Of a stretch of DNA of 64,000 nucleotides, positions 49,272 through 60,988 are shown one piece after another. This DNA is from Klebsormidium nitens (lineage: Eukaryota; Plantae; Klebsormidiophyceae). The stretch covers positions 1-64,000 of the forward strand of contig DF237193.1 of NCBI GenBank assembly GCA_000708835.1. The letters are read 5' to 3'. The position numbers were made by a program, and so were the translations under genes. Positions within the stretch are counted from its first letter, which is position 1; each line of letters starts with the position of its first letter. A model generated the notes under the pieces. That model was given only the letters and a program-made list of their open reading frames with translations, had not been told where the DNA came from and ran no database searches.

Positions 49272-52200
49272 CTAGCGTAGCACAAGCTTGCCCTTTATAC
49301 TCCGTATGCACCGCCCGAGAATGTTCCAGTCGGTCACCTTCTCGTCGCAGCTACTCACAATCGGCCCCTCGTGGGTCATGACCGCATGCCCGTCGACCAG
49401 CTGCGTAGTAATCTTGACCTCTGCCGCAGGGTCCCCCTGGTTTTGGTTAACCACGCTCACTAACCCGTAGTTCCGCCTGCGCGTCCAGTGATGGTGGTGA
49501 AAACTGAAGTTCTCCCCCAGGTCTTCCAGAGTGTCCCCCGCTAACCGTAAAACCGTATACGCCGTGGTGGGCAGAGGGTGGTTTGCGATGGCGCTGCTCG
49601 TGAGCTGCCGGAAGACTAGCTGGTCGCCCAAAAGAATGTCCGAGTGCCCCCCGCAGTGCACGTCCCCCCCAAAGATGTACAGCTCGCGGCCGCCCGCGCC
49701 TGCCGCGACGCGGCCCTTCCATTCCACCAGCCGAGTCAGGAACTCAAGCTGCGGAGGACACTTGTAGTTGTGATTGACTACACTTTCAGCGGCCTCTTTG
49801 ATTAGTAGAGCTTAAAAGATTACGTGGAACCGCTTTAGCAGTTTCATTCGTTGCATCCCGACTATGGACCTCTGAACGATTACCGTCCTGATTCCTGAAG
49901 GAAGGGTTTGCATATTGATTTTTATGAGCGATAGGCATCCGAGCAACGAGCGAAGGCACCCTTAACCTACTGGGACTCAGTTGTGCAAGTTAGGATACGG
50001 CTTCAGAAACGGACTTCCGATAGACGCTTGCCCAGAGCCATCCCAAACCCTTTCGCTTCCATGCAACGAATGAGCACTGTCTCGCTTACCCACACTATTT
50101 TCTCTTATTCACTTCGAAAAAAGCCTACAAGCAGTCCAAACTTGACGCTTAAAGAAACATCAAGAGCCCTCCCAAAGCCGTCCAATCGAAACCCTCCTTA
50201 CCTGCTCGCCAAACAAACCCCTTTGTCCTGTTGTTTCTTCGAAGCCAGAAAAGGACGGACGACAAGATGAAGATCCGTGACATCCCTAGAACTTCAAAAC
50301 GCTGCACTCTAGACCCTAATCCTCAAAACCCTAAAACCTCCAAATTTTAGACCCTAAATCATAGAACCCTGAAAACCCTAAGACCCTCAACCCTAAACCG
50401 CTTCCTCACCTGCTCTCCCCGGTGGTCCCGGTGCGACCAGTGGCCCTTGAAGTCCTCCAGGCGCGCGATGTGGTCCGCGAACTCGTCCGTAACTAGGCCG
50501 GTGAGGAAAACCACCGGCGCGGGGGAGCACACCAGGAGCGCGCGCACGCCGTCAAAGATGCCCCCCCTCCCGAGCGCGGATTTGATTTCGGTCCACTGGT
50601 CGGAACCCAGGTATTTGTAGGGGTCGTTAGGCCTGCGGTGAAAAGTGCGCGAGCCCCGGATGTCGAGGAACATGAGCCCGACGCCGCCGACGACGTGGAA
50701 GTGGAAGTCCTGGGAGGGTTAAGGAGTAAGTTTAGGAACGGGTTTAAGAGCGTAAGAAAAGATTCTAGGCGGTGACAATGCGCAAGTTCTGAAAGGGGAG
50801 GACTTGCACCCGGCGGACTTGAGCCCGGCACTGCCCACGACGTGGCGATTGGAAGTCCTGGGAGGGTTAAAGGGGAGGTCGAGAAAGCGGTTGAGAACGT
50901 GGTCGAACAAGTATGCGAGCCCCGGGTGTTGAGCATCATGAGCCGGACGCCGCCTACGAAGTAGAAGTGGAAGTCCTGGGAGAGTTAACGCGTGGGCTTA
51001 TAGACAGGGTTGAGAACGTATGAAACAAGGAATACGAGCGGTGACAGTGCGCAAGCCCTGGAAGGTGAGGACATGAGTCCGGCACCGCTGACGACATGGA
51101 AGTGAAAGTCCTGAGTGAAGCGGTTAACCAACGAGGTTAGGGACGAGGTCAAGAGCGTGGAGATTGAGCGTATCAAGTGCGCAAGCCCTGGAAGGTGGGG
51201 ACATGAGCCCGACGCCGCCCACGATGTGGACAGGGAAGTCCTGGGAGAGTTAAGGGAGGAGGTTAGGAACAAAATTAAGGACGGTTCACAAAGTGCGCGA
51301 ACCCCGGATGTCGAGGAACATGAGCCCGACACCGCCGACAACAGGGAAGTGGAAGTCCCCAGTGGGGAGGTTAAAGAACGAGGATAGGGACGGGATTTAG
51401 GTGAATGAAGAGGGAGCTTGAGTGGTAAAAGTGCGTGAGCCCCGGATATTAAAGTATATGAGGCCGCTGCCGCCGAGTCGTCGTGCAGCTGCCTTTCGTC
51501 ATCCCGCATCTAAACATAGGACTGCAAGCCGCGGAAGAACCCAACGTCTCAAAAGCCCTCACTCTAGCCCGCTCGAGGTACGTGAGCTTGACGTCTCCGT
51601 GCAGCTGCCTTTGATACTCCCGCAAGTGAATGACACAGACCGAAAAGCCCTCGATAAACATTGAACGGGCATCCTCAAAAGTCCAAATCCAGAAATAATC
51701 CTCACTCTAGTTATCCGCTCGAGGTGCGCAAAGTCGACGTCCTCGTGCAGCTGCCGCTGGTACTCTAGCTGCACCCGCCATGCGCAGCGCGCCACAAACA
51801 TGTGAAGACTCGCGGGGTCCCAGTCGGTCGGGAGGTCGCCCCAGTTGTCACGAACCTGGATCAATCATTCAAAAGCATAAGCAAAAATGCAAAGAGGAAG
51901 TCTGCACTGTTTTGAGCAGGCCATGGAAACGGGCCGACGCCTGTTCACACGAAAAGCGCATCAGGGGTCCGCTTAAGGCTTAGAAGCATGGGCGAATTGC
52001 AGCCAGTCTCGAGAGCCTAACGAAGACGGGTCATAGTGGAGAACTGCTTCTACTTTAGGGACGCTCGTTACAACTAGAAGCACCTTTCACCGGAGCCAAA
52101 TCGGAGAAAGACTGGAGCACCTTTTTTTTAGACAGCAACGCAGTCAGAATAGAGGAGCATTTTTGGAGCCAACTTGACTTTGTCTCTTGTTGAAGCGCAC

Positions 52201-55105
52201 GAACGCTGGGCGACCTCGGAACTAGAAAGGCTATGAACACCTCTCGCTCTCTGAGGTGCCCAGTCTCACAATACTTACGATTGATGCTTGATCCGAGCTG
52301 ACGGAGGAGTCACCAAGACCTCCCGTTCAGCCCGAGTCAACCCCATCCTTTGATGACCCGAACCTGTCAAACCGGTGACCTTAAAATCCCCACTTAACCC
52401 ACCCTAACCCCAGTCCCGCTAACCCACCTCGTGGTCGTCGTAGATCATGATGCTCGGGCACGTCGCGAGACACCTCGCGGTCGGGGGGTGCGCCCACGTC
52501 TCCCGGTAGATTTCGCGGTAGATCGCGCAGATGCGGTCGTAGTATTGCGGCCACTGCTCCCAGGGGATCCCCTTGAGCATGTCTTCCGCAACTGCAAACT
52601 TGTTGCTCAGGCTCGTGTGCTCGCGCGCGGCCGCCTTGTCGAAGGCCTTGTCGCCATCAGCGTAGACCTGCGGGGTTTGTCTATTTGAGGATTTGAAAAC
52701 CCGGAATCTGAGAACCTCCAGAAAATGCCCTTTGAAAGGCCTAGATTTTCATAGATCGTAAAGGTGTGATAAGGTCAGGGGCTGACAATTCAGGAAGTTC
52801 ATTGAAACGCCTGTCGGAACTGAAAATGATTTTGGGGAGTATCGAAGGACGACGAACACCTGTACCTAACGACCTTTTCTAAGGTCTACGGTTTTTGAGA
52901 ACGACGAGATTGAGCCCCATTTGAGGGGTTGTTGCCAATGTGAAGGGGGAATTCAAGCAAACCAGACGAAAAAATCACCGCGCTTATAGGGTCGAAATCG
53001 TCGTTTCGCTGTTCGTACTTGTTTGCATGTGGTTCAGTCCCAGCAACTCCAGCCTCTTCGACGCAATATTGGTTTTTTGACAACTGTGTATCCTTCACCG
53101 TACCGTTACAGTGACGAATGTACCAGACACTGCTCAGTGTGAATACTCTGGCTTGCCCCCCCACAGACTCCTCTCAGTCACAACTTCTGGTGGTGTGAAA
53201 ACCCTCACCTGGTCTCCTAGGTGCAGCATCATATCCACCTGCCCCTTTGCGATCCGCTTCTCCAAATGATGCCACAGATCGCCCGTCCCCGTTTTCACCT
53301 CCGTCCGCGTTATGAAGATCTTGTTGCAACTGATCACCGCAAACTTCACTTCGTTCGCACACTGCGCGATCGTCTTGAACCCGCTCGTAATCCCGCAGTG
53401 ACATCCCCGGATTTGAACAGAGTACGAGGTCTCGGGCTTAAGCCCCTGGAAAGTGAAGATTGTTGGCTGGAAAGGAGGGACCGCCAAAACCTTGCTCCCC
53501 GCCAGAATGCCGGAGATCTCGTCCACGAGAGCGAGGGTGACTTGGGCCGTTTTGTCCAGCTCGATGAGGATGCGTGCCGTGCAATCGGTCACCTGCAAGT
53601 GGGGGGGACATCAGTAGCCGTCACGAGCTGAGAATGGCGAAGGTTCAGAGGGGCCCCTGCCGAGTGTCTGTTTATGCTGTAGCAAGAATAATTGATCACT
53701 GAGGGAAGCTTTAACATGAAATGGAATCGAAGTCGTTTTGGAGTAGGAACCCTTTATAACCATGAAAGCGAGCACAGCATTATGGACTTTCCCACCACGT
53801 TTATCCTTGCTACAAATTCGAAGTCTCCAGAAAGTTGAAGATAATGAAAGGGACTAAGGATACTGTGGCAGTGGCAGATTACATCTTTCAAAGCGGCGGG
53901 TGTGGTTCCAGTTTTCAGGAATCTTGTGGACTGGCTTGTTCACACTAGAACCTGCAAACGGACGCAATGCCGCCTGATGACCTTGTCACATCGTTATGTG
54001 GATCAAATTATTCTAGTGAAAAGAGAAGATGCTGCAGTGTTTGAAAAAAGATCGTCAGGAAAGAGTTGGGCTGTGGCCCCCAGTCAGCAGCACACCCGTC
54101 TGGGGGCCTTGGTCGAGAATACGGAGACTTTTTTGTTTGGTCACTTCAATCTTGAGGTCAGTGCCGTGGAGTGATGCTGCTATTCTTGGTCTTTTTAAAC
54201 CGTGGATGTTTAGCGCCCGCTCGGACCTCCGTGTGAGATAAATCTAGAAAGATCAGAGATCTGAAGGCAGACAAAGCAAACCTTCTAAGAACGGTGCTAG
54301 GTTTAAACACAAAATAGGAGAAGAGACTCTTACAGTCCATCTGGCTCCATTCAAAAGTCTAGTAAGAAGAGTCCGTAGGGAGGTGGCTAACGTATGCCTA
54401 AGACAATCAAGATTAATTCCAGGAAAGGACTGCTTATCTGGGAATATCACTTGGTATATCACCGAACAAAGTGGATCAAAAGAACCATCTACTGTTTTGA
54501 ACATCTATAACATTTCAATTGCGTGCTGGACAATGTTTCTGGGAGCAGTGCCCCAATTTGAGATTAATCAAGCAGGGAGTAACCTGAAACGTAAGGTTTG
54601 TTTCAACAGGATGTTTGTTGAAAACTTCCAGACGATTCCACCACCAGTTGCCACAATAATGATCAAAAACTTTCGCCCCCTTCTTTTGTCAAAGGTAGCT
54701 AGTCGTAAGAAGATCATCTGCGAATAAACCCTTGGAAATCGTCACGTCCAGCTCCCAGAGCCTGGGTTGCAGAGCTGGACATGACTGCAGTGGAATTGCA
54801 TGTCAACATTCACATCATCAATGTTTCATTTGTCGCAGCGACCCTGCAATGCCACCACAAGCTGCCCTCACCTTTCCGATCACCGGACCCACAATCACAT
54901 CGGCAGGATCTGGGATATCTTTGGACTGCGCACTGTGTGTCCGCCCAAGGCCCGCGCTCTTCAATGCATTCTTCAGACTCCGCATCTTTCCTTTCAAGTC
55001 AGCTTTCCACGAACCCGATGCCGAGTGCTCCTCCTGATCAGGAATGACCACGCCAGCACTAGGGGCCTCGGCTTGGCCACTCAGGAAGCCCCCTGGAGCT
55101 GCCAT
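49272..55105 (-). CDS. PhoD-like (alkaline phosphatase D family) metallophosphoesterase; exons 55105-54872, 53592-53209, 52667-52428, 51855-51706, 50709-50410, 49748-49272; ~594 aa
   Basis: All junctions are phase 0 and GT-AG. Motifs GPVIGKV, VISCN, HLGDQVYAD, IYDDHE, FLDIRGSR, YLGSDQW and GGDVH match the PhoD-family metal-ligand order. There is no hydrophobic signal peptide. Confidence 0.88.
50313..50397. repeat. Degenerate telomere-like (TTAGGG/TTTTAGGG) cluster just inside a 5' splice site
   Basis: Seven ACCCT cores, including AAAACCCTAAAA at 50325-50336. Confidence 0.7.
50710..51705 (-). repeat. Intron made of degenerate tandem copies of its own flanking splice junctions
   Basis: Five extra copies of acceptor plus exon-5 start (~50776-50870, 50911-50990, 51046-51128, 51176-51253, 51291-51374), one exon4/exon5 chimera (~51427-51500), and one copy of the exon-4 end plus donor (~51557-51619). 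Confidence 0.9.
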
Positions 55106-55112
55106 TGTGGGG

Positions 55113-55220
55113 TCAAGCACTTCTTCTCCGCGCTGGTCGGCGCTGCCACAGCATTCCGTTGTGGATGGTCCCTTCAGAAGCTGCTTGAAGTTGAGGCCCT
55201 CCCTTTCCGCTTCCGGTCAT
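55113..55220 (-). other. 35-codon upstream ORF ending 7 nt before the PhoD-like ATG
   Basis: ATG at 55220 and TGA at 55115-55113; peptide MTGSGKGGPQLQAASEGTIHNGMLWQRRPARRRSA. Whether it lies in the mRNA is unknown. Confidence 0.3.
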
Positions 55221-55435
55221 AATAGCGGATCTTGGCGGAACACAGCCAACCGCGGCCCAATCGGACACGTCACGGATGTCAGATACACCGCGCGGCGCGT
55301 ATCACGGGATCCTAACTTCTCAAGTTGACCGTCCAAGGTACGGACCATACAGGAGCTTGGACTTGCAAGTTGGATCACGCCGCACGGTTGGAACTTGGTA
55401 GTGTACCACCCCCTGGGTACATACTAGAGTTGTCT

Positions 55436-55618
55436 CATGTTGACTAAGGGCCATGTTGACTAAGGAAAGAGCCCGGGGGACGGGTGGGGTTGGTTTGGGG
55501 GTTAGGGTGGGAACGGGTGCGGAGCGTGTCATTTCTACGGTTTAGGGTTTTAGTTTTGGTTTTCCCCCGAGCGCTGTCCTAATAGTCAACAATGAACATG
55601 CCCTAATAGTCAACATGA
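55436..55618. promoter_or_regulatory. Two direct plus two inverted copies of (CA)TGTTGACTA (W-box TTGACT cores) in the divergent PhoD/RING promoter
   Basis: catgttgactaagg at 55436 and 55452; tagtcaaca(a)tg copies within 55578-55594 and 55601-55618. Confidence 0.5.
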
Positions 55619-56533
55619 AATCGAGAAGTATCCTGGGTACCGCAGACGGTAGTACCGCTGAGGTTTGTACCGGTACCCTAGCGCTCAGTTCGTACCGCCT
55701 GCATTGCTCCCCCCCGGGGCGTCGGAGCCCGACCCGCCCTCAGCCCTGATATCATACCTATAATTGCTAAATAAAAGGATGCGTAAACCCCCATGTAAAC
55801 TTTCACAGTGAACCCGAACCCAAACCGTCACCTGCCGGCAGTACCGCGCGCCGCTGCCGACCCTGAACCCCCCTAAAACTACTAACCCTACCCATTCCGT
55901 GCGATTAAACATACCTTCTTATTAGAAAATAATTTCTTGTTGATTGTCCGCGCCGGCCTCAGGCCCCGTCTGCGCTCTGCGCAGGCGCTGAACAACGCCC
56001 AGAAACGGTGCGTACCGGCATGCTCAATGTCAGGATCGGCAGGACTTCGCGGTTGCCAAGCAAGGATCCAAGGGAGCAACCGTTCAACTTCTTGGCCCTT
56101 GGGGATGGACATTTCTGTGGTCGGCGCCGCGCGCCGTGCGTCAGCGGATCAATTTCCGGCCTCCGATTGGCCGGGCCCGATCTGCTGATCGCACCGGCAG
56201 CGGTGATCCGGGCTGGCTCTGCGGGCCTGCTTCTGATTGTGGACCAAATCTTTTGCAGCCACAGGATTCGTCAAACTTGTGCACCAACTTGTGCAGCAAT
56301 TTGCAATTCACATGGGCACGCGATCAGAGGATCAGAAATTCAGTGCTGAATCCTGCAATGCCGCAGCGGTGGCTTGAAGTTGCAGTTCGGATCCGCAACT
56401 CTTTGCAGATTGTTCGAATTATGGGAATGTGTGGTGTCAGAAGTGGTCGGAAGCCTGATCCGCCAATCTGGGGTCTGGCCATACCGCCCTACCTAAATTC
56501 TCAAATGCAAGGAGAAGCAAGGTTGAAGGAGGG

Positions 56534-58983
56534 GTGAAGATCTATATGTTCTTTGGCAAGGTTGCAAGCTGGGCAAATGTGGGATGCAGGACAATCACCT
56601 TGGAGACTTTCCTGCATTGGAAGAAGCAGAGTCGTTGTTGGTGCCTCATTTTTCCGGAGAAACGGCGCCTGGGAAGAGCGGATGACAAGGACTCGTGTGT
56701 GGTGACACTGAAGCTGCTCTACAACGGCATCATGACGAAGGGTTTGCTGTTCAAAACCCTTCTGTTCATAGCGGAGAGCAGGGGGTCGACTCCAGACTCC
56801 GCCTTCTGCCGAAGCTTGCACTCCAGATCGTCTAAGAGCGAGTCACCGAAGTCAGAATGGTCCTCAGAATCGGCAAGCAGCACTCCTCCCTGTAAGCACC
56901 GGATGCCGCAGGCATGTGCGTCTGCGGCCGGGACTCTGTGCGACGATCTTTCTGCCCTGTCAAGCGGCAGCGAGTCAGACCAGGTAGATGCAGACTCCTC
57001 TGATGCTGGAGAGGGAAACCTGGCTAGGGGTTGGAGCGACAACACGGACTGCTCGCTCAGGCGAGACTGGGGAGATGCTACCTTAGCACCATGGCTGGGA
57101 AGTGAGAGTCCCTTGGCGGCTGATCCTCCATCCCATGACGAGCGGGTGCATAAGGTAAAGACCTCAGTAGATGAGAGCATCTCAAGTAGACAACTGAAAA
57201 TTGGACCTGGATTCTCCTGCTCAAGAGCCCTAGCAGCATTAGTGCTTAGGGATAAGTATCACTATAGGGTTTGCTTGTGGAACTGTTGGGGTAGCCTTGC
57301 AATCTCAAAAATAAAACAGTCTTACCCTGACCGTGACATCCACAAAACGATGAAACACCAGAGAATGCAATTCCATAGGCCGTCTGAGCGAGCCTTTTCT
57401 GGACCATGTCGAGTAGAACAGTTTTTCCTGGTCTTGAGATCCTTCTGGATAATGCACGTCCCCTTTGACCAGAGGAGCGAGCAATTGTAGAGTCGTTTCG
57501 TCTGCTTGCCTGAAATGTATCATATGAAGAACCTTCGTCAAACAATAACCTATATAGTAAGCATAACATGGGATGTACATTGATAGGAAGTCTTCATGTT
57601 GCCTACATGGTGTGGGTGCAGTCCACTCTTAGAGCCTTGGAAGGTAATTCTGTAGTTCACCTTGCCATTCTGCTGCTTCTTTTACATTGACAAGGGTTTA
57701 TGCCTCAACCAACAAGTGAGACCTACAATACTGTTAAGGCAAATATGAGCAAGAGGTTTCAGAGTTAGTTGAGTATCACATCATGTCATCTGTAAAGGGG
57801 TTGGAATGGGCTACAAGCTAGCTGGAAGACACTTCATTTGAATCAAGCCCACATTCAAGCAATTTACCCTGGCTCTCTGTTGTTTTGAGATTGTCAGAAG
57901 AGCAGCCTGGATGATGAAGAAGTATCTTCTATTTACTGCTGAGGTTCTGCAACTATCCTGGACCAAGCGCCACAAATCTTATGGTTCCCTTATCCCCCTC
58001 AGAAAATCCCTGCTTCAACCAAATCCTCCTCTCATTGGGTATCTTCCTCAAATAAACCCTGCTTCAAGCACAAGCTCCAGTCATTCGGTGCACGAAAGCC
58101 CCTTCCAAAGCTGCAAACTCTTGAGGCCACAAATGTTGCATTATGCAGTCCTAACACATCCTCCTTTTCTCTGCAGCGCTCCCTTGTCTCTTCGCCTCCC
58201 GCCAACGACGCATGCCCTGTCTGCGTCCGCCCCATGAGCTGCATGGAGACCCTTTTCGCCCCCAGCTGCGGCTACCTCTGCCACCTGTCCTGTATGCAGC
58301 GCACGCTTCGCAACAACCTCGACAACGAGCGCGGCAACCGGCCCCTTGAGATCAACGCCATGCGCTGCCCCATCTGCTTTGCGCTGCACCCCCTCGCACA
58401 CGGCGTCCAATTCAGCGATGTTCGGGGGCAGCGGTTCGTCCAAGTTACCCCCCCCCCCATAAGGGAAGATTTCGACGCCGGCAGCCCTAAGTTTCTCCCG
58501 GGGGAGCAGCGGAGGGTGCTTCAGCCCCAGAAAGCGGCACATATCCGGGGGTATGCCAGCGAGGCTGACGGCCTTGTCACCCCCAAACGGAGCTCCGCAT
58601 CCTTCTCGCTCCAAGCCCTGCAGAACCTCCGCTCAAAGAGCTGCAACAGCAGCCCCTCTGCCGAACCCCAGTACATGCATAGGCCGGGGGCCCCTCAGGT
58701 CTACACTTCGTCCCCCCTCTCAAAGGGCTCAAGTTCGATCCCCCCCCGCCCGAGGCTGCGGAGCCTCCAGTCGGCGCCGGCGCAGCTCTACTCTGCTCCA
58801 CAAGGGAGCCCTGGGGGGTACGTGTTGCACGTTGGCACACCGACGGCCAACACGGAAAGTCGGTCGCCGGCAGATCAGGTTTCAAAGCGGCTGGCCGACT
58901 TTTACCAGATTACCACGCCCCCCCGCAGCACGGTGTCGAGGGTTGTGTCGTTCTCGTCGCTGGAGCGCACAATGTCGGCGTAG
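56534..58983 (+). CDS. Atypical RING-finger protein with Ser/Pro-rich regions; exons (start uncertain)-57154 and 58177-58983
   Basis: Donor AAG|GTAAAG and acceptor TTTTCTCTGCAG join in phase 0. The finger reads CPVC-x14-CGYLCHLSC-x24-CPIC. The true start is unresolved; 56534 is only the ORF limit. Confidence 0.7.
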
Positions 58984-60091
58984 TGGGTGGGTTCCCCAGG
59001 GCGAGTCCTCAGGCAGCGGGAAGGGAAGCGGTCTTCCTTGCGGGGCAGGGTGCCAAGGAACACGTCAGGTTTGTAGAGTAGTTAGCAAAGGTGCAGGTTC
59101 GGGAACCCAGGGCGAAGGAAAGGCTCCCTTGTTGTGGAGCAAAGGTCACGTCTTTGGAAGGTCATGTGTTTGAGACAGGGTGTGAGGTTGTAAAAAGAGG
59201 TCAACTGGTCAGAGGTCAAGGTCAATCCAGGCAGTGAGGGATCCCTGGCAGACGGCAGGTATGGAATATGGGGGTTTGGGCACTGCCGCAGCGTAATGCA
59301 GCGCGTTTCAAAGCCTGAAAACAGATAATCACAGAAGGCGTTGCGTAGGTCAGCCTAAACAGACTGCATCTGACTTTAATTTGCTTGTGTTGTTGTTGTG
59401 GTGTGTTGTGTTGTAGTGCACGGCACGCTCGGATACAACTGAACAATCAAAAGCTTAGCCCTAACGACAGAGGACTGACTAAGAGGTTCGGCACAGCAGG
59501 TGCATCATAGATAATTATAAGCCTGTGCCTGTCAGCCCTAAGACTTTAGACACGCAGTGTGCAGCAGGCTAGTCAGGCATGATCATGGCATCTTTGATAG
59601 CACGGCGAGCTAACAGTTTCGAACAGGTAGTGCAGATACTGAGGCTCTAACAAACGCTGATTTCGCAACCTGAGCTTCTTGTGCGTACAAGAAACTCTGT
59701 TAAAGTTATTTTCAAGATTTGAGTCGGAGAAAGATTCAGCTCTTTATAAGGCGATCAGGACTACTTTGAATCCGATTGTGCATACCGACATGTGGCCGAC
59801 TATCGAATAAAGCATCAAAGATCAGAAAAGCAGACGTGGCATGCGCTTTTGCTTACTGTCCAATGATGGTATCTTTTTGAGAATTACGATGGTTCTTAGA
59901 ATAGGCCTGACGGGCTTCTCATGGCATGCACATTGCATATGCGATGTAATCGGATGTTATAGGTATGGATGCTCGTGGCCCTCCGGTTCAGTTGCATGCC
60001 TGCGATGTCGTTCCCGCGCCTATACCAAATCTCAAATGATCCGGGAACATGGAGAGGAAATTGAATTCATAACTGAAATTCCAGGTGACAC

Positions 60092-60378
60092 CTTCGGCCT
60101 TGGAACCGGAATCTTGGCATCGGCATTTTCCATTTTTTGGGGCCAGGAATCTGGCATACGGCCTGATTTTTCTGAAGGAATTTGGCATCTCTGATAATTT
60201 CAGGAAATCTCAGAAAAGTGGAACTGGCATCTAGAAAACTTCCAAAACCAAGAGCTTTTTGAGGCATTTTTATGGAATCTGGCATTTTTGGATCTCAGGA
60301 ATGGCTTATTTGACGCTTGAAATCTGGAATTTCCGAACCCAAAAAATGCCGGTTCCATGCAGCCTAGCTGGGCCGAAG
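60092..60378. mobile_element. MITE-like element with interrupted inverted ends and internal GGAAT(C/T)TGGCAT repeats
   Basis: CTTCGGCC-t-TGGAACCGG (60092-60109) faces CCGGTTCCA...GGCCGAAG (60349-60378). There are 5-6 internal copies of the ~12-bp motif. No target-site duplication was found. Confidence 0.4.
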
Positions 60379-60988
60379 CCTGAAGGCGACTCGAGGCGCC
60401 GGCGTTCGTCGCGGCCGCTCACCACCGTGACAGCGGGGCCGGGCGCGGGCGGCGGCAATTCACGCCACCGCGGCCGCCAGGCTTTGATTTGCGCGCGCAC
60501 ATCCTGGAAAGGCTCCTCAATTCAAAGACTGCTCATGTGAGGCAGTCGATCAGAGTCCGAGCAGCACAGGTAGCTCAAGCCTCAACAGATGGCTTCCTGC
60601 GCTGAAAGGGAGCTCAACAGATTCATGGCGAGGCGCCATACCTGCATCTGGAAGCCCAATCCAGCTGCTCCATTAAAGCCTGTCTTTGCCACTGCTGAGC
60701 AGTTCTTCTAGTGTTCTCTCCGGTCCTTTGCAGGAAGTCTTCGGAATACTTTCTCCTACCATTGGTGGAGAGCACTTAACGAGGACAGCTGCCCTATGCG
60801 AGAAGCACCGTAATCTGCCCAACTAAATGTCACTTCTTCTTTGGTAAAATCTTCCTCAAGTGGCGTCGACTTGCAGCACAGGTCTGGGGCCGAGTCAGTT
60901 GTTGGACCATCAATCCATGACCTGTAGGCGCCAACAAGCTGAGCCTGACGAACGCCCATAGGCAGGAGAATCTTGGGCCTGGTTCAGC

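Noticed and set aside
50710-51500. Repeat-spacer periodicity resembling a CRISPR array
   Set aside because: The repeats are degenerate copies of the adjacent exon and acceptor, unit lengths vary, the context is eukaryotic and there are no cas genes.
55105-56100. P1BS (GNATATNC) phosphate-starvation element upstream of the PhoD-like gene
   Set aside because: Looked for by eye and found only near-misses, so it is not claimed.
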